Positions 59,974 through 64,000 of a DNA stretch of 64,000 nucleotides are shown piece by piece. The notes under the pieces are model-generated. The model was not told the DNA's origin. It saw nothing but the letters and a program-made list of their open reading frames with translations, and made no database searches. The position numbers and the translations under genes were made by a program. Numbering within the stretch: position 1 is the stretch's first letter; every line of letters starts with the position of its first letter. The stretch lies in contig JAZRDR010000006.1 of the NCBI GenBank assembly GCA_045660445.1, positions 1,208 through 65,207 of the forward strand, written 5' to 3'. This DNA comes from Candidatus Faeciplasma sp. GTDB lineage: Bacteria > Bacillota > Clostridia > Oscillospirales > Ruminococcaceae.

Positions 59974-60725
59974 TTACCGTAAATATCCGAGTAAATAACA
60001 CCGCTGTTTGCTTCGGGTGTTACACCCTTTGCTTCAAAGAGCTCGCTGATGGTTACAAACTTATAACCCTCATCCAAAAGCTCGGGAACGATGATTTTAA
60101 CTGCTTCAACAGTTTCCCAGTTGTCCCATCCGTCATGCATCAAAACGATAATGCCGTCCTGGGCAAAGTTTAAAACGTTCTGCGCTCTCTCTTCGGCGGG
60201 AATACCTGTCCAGTCCATAGAGTCACGGCCGAAGATAAAGGTGTTATCGATAACGTCGTGCATTAAAGGATTTACTGCCAAGAAGGGAGGTCTGAACAAG
60301 GTGGGTTCAACTCCGATATGTTCCTTTACGATGTCCTGAACATACTGAATTTCAGTTTTCATTTCATCAGCGGATTTTTTACTCATATCTTCGTGGCTCT
60401 TTGTGTGGTTGCCGATCTCGCATCCCATTTCATAGGCACGCTTCATAACCTCGGCGGTTTCGTCATTAATGTTGTTGCCGATAACGAAGAATGTTCCGAC
60501 AATGTCCATCTCCTCGAAATAGTCGAGCAGCGCGTTTGTCGCGCCAAGACAGGGGCCGTCATCAAAGGAAAGTGCGATAAGCTTGTCATCGGGGCCGTAT
60601 TTGGGTTCTTCAACAGGATCGCTCATCTCACCGGCGTCGTAACCGTCGGCTTTGTCATCGGCAGGAGCCGAGCATCCGCAAAGCAAAAGCATAAACGCTA
60701 ATAATATAGCTGTTATTCTTTTCAT
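59970..60725 (-). CDS. polysaccharide deacetylase (CE4) lipoprotein, tandem paralogue
   Basis: Start at ATG 60725 behind AAAGGAG. Lipobox LLCGC. LSFDDGP and GNHTKSH. Long identical stretches with its neighbour (EVMKRAYEMGCE.GNHT). Confidence 0.85.
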   Translation of the reverse strand: MKRITAILLAFMLLLCGCSAPADDKADGYDAGEMSDPVEEPKYGPDDKLIALSFDDGPCLGATNALLDYFEEMDIVGTFFVIGNNINDETAEVMKRAYEMGCEIGNHTKSHEDMSKKSADEMKTEIQYVQDIVKEHIGVEPTLFRPPFLAVNPLMHDVIDNTFIFGRDSMDWTGIPAEERAQNVLNFAQDGIIVLMHDGWDNWETVEAVKIIVPELLDEGYKFVTISELFEAKGVTPEANSGVIYSDIYGK

Positions 60726-60900
60726 GTCAAATCTCCTTTGGTGGATTATAATAAGTATATTATACATCCGCTCACATAAAAACGCAATACTGTTTAGGAG
60801 TTATTGACACAGCCGCCTTTTGTCGGATATAATCATATAAAGACATAAATCAGGAAGTCCTGCATTTTATATGCGCGACCTGTGACATTGGAGAAAAACT

Positions 60901-61653
60901 ATGGAAGAAAAGAAATTTAAATTTGATATATCGTCGGCAGGGCTACACATTATCGCAATGTTATGTATGTTGCTTGACCATATGTGGGCTGTGGGACTTG
61001 TTGACAGCATGGTGTTCACCTGCATTGGAAGAATAGCTTTTCCGATATTTGCATTTATGAATGCAGAGGGGTTCAGGCGCACCAAAAACGTTAAAAAATA
61101 TGCTTTAAGGATGTTTTTATTCGCACTCGTTACCGAGATTCCCTTTAACTTTATGGTTGGCGGAAGCTTTATATATCCTTTCCATCAAAACGTTTTGTGG
61201 ACGTTTTTGATGGCTTTGGGTGTTATGTGCCTGCTTGAAAAGGCAAAGAATGCAAAGCAAAAATGGCTATACCCTATCTTCGTGGCAGCTTCCTGCCTGC
61301 TTGCATATTTAATGGGCATCATCACCATGGCAGATTATTACGGCGGCGGCGTGTTAACAGTTCTTGTGTTCTACTTCTTCAACAAAAAGAAGCCCGTTGA
61401 TATCATATGCCAGATAATTGCATTGCTTTATATCAACTGTGAAATTCTCGGCGGATTCGGTTATGACCTTAACGTTTTTGGACTTGAGTTCTTCTTCCCC
61501 ACTCAAGCTATCGCGCTTTTGGCACTTATTCCGATATGGCTGTATAATGGGCGCAAGGGGCACTCGAGCAAGGCTTTCAAATATACCTGCTATGCGTTCT
61601 ATCCCGGGCATATGTTGGCTTTGTATTTAATTGCACTGCTCATGCATAAATAA
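60901..61653 (+). CDS. TraX-family membrane acyltransferase-like protein
   Basis: 250 aa and polytopic. The N-terminal LHIIAMLCMLLDH pattern is typical of TraX. Confidence 0.8.
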   Translation: MEEKKFKFDISSAGLHIIAMLCMLLDHMWAVGLVDSMVFTCIGRIAFPIFAFMNAEGFRRTKNVKKYALRMFLFALVTEIPFNFMVGGSFIYPFHQNVLWTFLMALGVMCLLEKAKNAKQKWLYPIFVAASCLLAYLMGIITMADYYGGGVLTVLVFYFFNKKKPVDIICQIIALLYINCEILGGFGYDLNVFGLEFFFPTQAIALLALIPIWLYNGRKGHSSKAFKYTCYAFYPGHMLALYLIALLMHK

Positions 61654-61729
61654 TCAAAAACCACTTTTATTTCAATAAATATGTGCTATAATGAAAAGGT
61701 CAAAAATTTTTGTTTTGGAGGATAAATAA

Positions 61730-62953
61730 ATGAAACTTTGTGACATTGAAAGAATATTTAACGAAACCGCTTACGTTAGAATGGGCGGAAGTGCCGAGGA
61801 GCTTAAGTGCGCCGAATATTTAAAGGGCGAGTGCGAGAAGCTTGGTCTTAACGCTGAAATCGTTCCGTTTGAGGTTGAAATGGCTTCTATCAAGCAGGCT
61901 CATTTATATATCGACGGCAAAGAGGTTACCTGCAAGGGATATCTTAACTGCGGATCGGGCGAGGTTGAGGCTGAATTCTACTATTTAAGCAACACCTCGA
62001 AATATGCTCTTTCCCAGTGCCGCGGCAAGATCGTTATGATCGACGGCTATTTGGGATATTGGATGTATCAGGACCTTTTGGAAAACGGAGCATTGGGCTT
62101 TATTACATATGACGGAAATGCAAACTACGTTGACTTTGATATCGACCAGCGCGAATTAAGACCTCACGTTGCAAACGGCAACAAGATCTTGGGCGTGAAC
62201 ATCAACGCAAAGCACGCAATAGAACTTGTTAACTCGGGTGCCACGACTGCCAAGATCGTCATCGAGCAGGATGAATATAAGGGTGAATCGAGAAACGTGA
62301 TCGCTGAAATTAAGGGCGAGATCGACGAGACTATTGTCTTCACCGCACACTATGACTCGACTTCGCTTTCTCAGGGCGCTTATGACAATATGTCGGGAAG
62401 CGTTGGACTTTTGGGCATTGCCGAATATTTCCTTGCTAACCCCTGCAAGAGAAGCCTTCGCTTCATCTGGTGCGGATCTGAAGAGAGAGGGCTTTTGGGT
62501 GCAAAGGCTTATTGCGCCGCTAACGAAGAAGAACTTAAGAACGTTGTTTTAAACGTCAACCTTGATATGATCGGCTGCATTATGGGCAAATTTATCGCTT
62601 GCTGCACGACCGAGGATAAGCTTGTTAACTATATCGAATATTTCAGCGATGAATATGGCTTTGGTGTTAGCGCAAAGCAGGACGTTTATTCCTCTGACTC
62701 CACTCCTTTCGCTGACAAGGGCGTTCCCGCACTTTCCTTTGCAAGAATCGCTCCTCATAACACTGCAACCATCCACAACAGCTATGATACAAAGGCTTTG
62801 ATGAAGGCTGAGCAGATGGCCGCTGACATCGATTTTATCAATGCATTCTCTGAAAGAATGGCAAATGCAGTCCGTTGCCCCGTATCACGTGATATCCCCG
62901 AAAAGATGAAGGAAGAGCTTGACTACTACCTCACCAGAAAGCGCAGAAAGTAA
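61730..62953 (+). CDS. M28-family metallopeptidase with PA domain
   Basis: 407 aa. AHYDS, CGSEERGLLG and NLDMIG metal-ligand motifs. Confidence 0.85.
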   Translation: MKLCDIERIFNETAYVRMGGSAEELKCAEYLKGECEKLGLNAEIVPFEVEMASIKQAHLYIDGKEVTCKGYLNCGSGEVEAEFYYLSNTSKYALSQCRGKIVMIDGYLGYWMYQDLLENGALGFITYDGNANYVDFDIDQRELRPHVANGNKILGVNINAKHAIELVNSGATTAKIVIEQDEYKGESRNVIAEIKGEIDETIVFTAHYDSTSLSQGAYDNMSGSVGLLGIAEYFLANPCKRSLRFIWCGSEERGLLGAKAYCAANEEELKNVVLNVNLDMIGCIMGKFIACCTTEDKLVNYIEYFSDEYGFGVSAKQDVYSSDSTPFADKGVPALSFARIAPHNTATIHNSYDTKALMKAEQMAADIDFINAFSERMANAVRCPVSRDIPEKMKEELDYYLTRKRRK

Positions 62954-63369
62954 TGGAAATTAAGGCTTATGAATGTTTGTGCGATGATGCACTGAAGATC
63001 CGCATAACCGTTTTTGTCGATGAGCAGGGCTTTAGGGACGAGTTTGACGATATTGACGAGCGTGCTTTGCACCTTGTTATGTATGACGGTGATACTCCCG
63101 TTGCCACCTGCAGATGCTTTTATGAAGATTCTATCGAGTGCTGGCATATCGGCCGTGTTGCCGTTTTGAAGGATTATCGCGGCAAGGGCTTGGGCAAAGA
63201 GATTATGCAAGAAGCAGAGCGCTTGATCGGGCTTAAAGGCGGCAAGGTGTGCGAGCTTTCGTCGCAGTGCCGTGCACGTGGTTTTTATGAATCCTGCGGA
63301 TATGAAGCCGAGGGTGAAATATATCTTGACGAAGGCTGCCCTCACATCAAGATGACAAAGCATATATAA
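62953..63369 (+). CDS. GNAT-family N-acetyltransferase
   Basis: 138 aa. RVAVLKDYRGKGLGKEIM acetyl-CoA binding motif. The start overlaps the upstream stop. Confidence 0.85.
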   Translation: MEIKAYECLCDDALKIRITVFVDEQGFRDEFDDIDERALHLVMYDGDTPVATCRCFYEDSIECWHIGRVAVLKDYRGKGLGKEIMQEAERLIGLKGGKVCELSSQCRARGFYESCGYEAEGEIYLDEGCPHIKMTKHI

Positions 63370-63420
63370 AAATATGAAATAGCCATCGCGAATTAGTTTC
63401 ATAAATAAACTTTTCGAATT

Positions 63421-63453
63421 AAGTGCTTACAGTTATAAACGGTAAGCACTTTT
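63421..63453 (+). terminator. rho-independent terminator
   Basis: AAGTGCTTAC-agttataaacg-GTAAGCACTT followed by TTaaTTTT. Confidence 0.7.
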
Positions 63454-63637
63454 AATTTTGTATTTTTCATGGCGCTATAACGCATAAAGATTGCTTGCAA
63501 GCATGTTAACTTTAATTATTTAATAATTTTAAACTAAAAAATTCCGATTACCCCCTTGTAAATCAAGCCAAATGATGTTAAAATTATTTTGACCGTGCTA
63601 CGGCAACTATCTTTAAAAAGATCAGGAGGAATAATCA

Positions 63638-64000
63638 ATGCAATACGGCCATTTTGACCTAAAGAACAAGGAGTATATCATTACTTCTCCCAACACTCCC
63701 GCACCTTGGTGCAACTATCTGGGTTCCCCTGCTTACGGCGCAATTATCTCGAACAACGCCGCAGGTTACAGCTTTGTTAAGTCGGGTGCAAACGGAAGAA
63801 TCGCAAGATACCGTTTCAACTCTAACATGGCTCTTCCCGGAAGATATATCTATATCCGCGATAACGACACCGCTGATTATTGGTCGGCTTCTTGGCAGCC
63901 TGTTGGCAAGCCCTTGGACGAGTATAAGTCTGAATGCCGCCATGGCACAGCCTATACTGTTATCACCTCTGAATATGCAGGCATCAATTCCGAAGTTACA
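63638..64000 (+). CDS. GH94 cellobiose/cellodextrin phosphorylase, N-terminal part (runs off window)
   Basis: ATG 63638 lies behind AGGAGG. MQYGHFDLKNKEYIITSPNTPAPWCNYLG is the characteristic GH94 N-terminus. The frame is open to the window end. Confidence 0.85.
   Translation, partial: MQYGHFDLKNKEYIITSPNTPAPWCNYLGSPAYGAIISNNAAGYSFVKSGANGRIARYRFNSNMALPGRYIYIRDNDTADYWSASWQPVGKPLDEYKSECRHGTAYTVITSEYAGINSEVT

Noticed and set aside
60901-61653. TraX gene as evidence for a conjugative element.
   Set aside because: It is isolated among chromosomal genes with host-like GC. No relaxase, coupling protein or T4SS genes are nearby. Stand-alone TraX-family acyltransferase-like genes are common in Firmicutes chromosomes.
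62926-63402. 158-aa minus-strand ORF.
   Set aside because: It is antisense to the GNAT gene, which has a clear acetyl-CoA binding motif.

Overview
64-kb window from a low-GC Gram-positive, Clostridia-like chromosome (GGAGG-type RBSs, agr locus, ECF transporters, many glycoside hydrolases). Judged by eye, not computed, base composition splits it in two. (1) Bases 1 to ~24,340 are an AT-rich accessory block. It holds an agr-type quorum-sensing cassette (partial sensor kinase, LytTR regulator, XRE regulator, AgrD-like peptide, AgrB), then a Tn916-style regulatory trio (XRE, Zn-ribbon, sigma-like). Next come a DinG-like helicase homologue with ruined ATPase motifs and three translationally coupled serine-recombinase genes. 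After these lies a defence-island-like stretch: an IetAS-like AAA+ ATPase plus S8 protease pair, a small basic protein plus a 2-TM orphan, an IS3 relic, and a 1,585-aa protein with a SMEK-like N-terminus, a P-loop NTPase and a long tail. It ends with a decayed resolvase, an AAA+/DUF4143 ATPase and a propeller-like orphan. (2) Bases ~24,340 to 64,000 are higher-GC, ordinary-looking chromosome. This part encodes an ECF sigma/anti-sigma pair and a large arabinan/mannan-type glycan utilisation region (GH51, GH5, GH43, GH140-like, GH26, GH36, CUT1 ABC importer). It also encodes tRNA-Pro, nagB, Mn-catalase, a LOG protein, an ECF transporter operon with two DUF4430 surface proteins, tandem polysaccharide deacetylases, TraX, an M28 peptidase, a GNAT and the start of a GH94 phosphorylase. 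The best candidate for an undescribed system is the giant NTPase gene (16130-20875), possibly together with the orphan module (14116-15341) that an IS relic now separates from it. The IetAS-like pair belongs to a family I recognise as already described. No CRISPR array or rRNA was seen.
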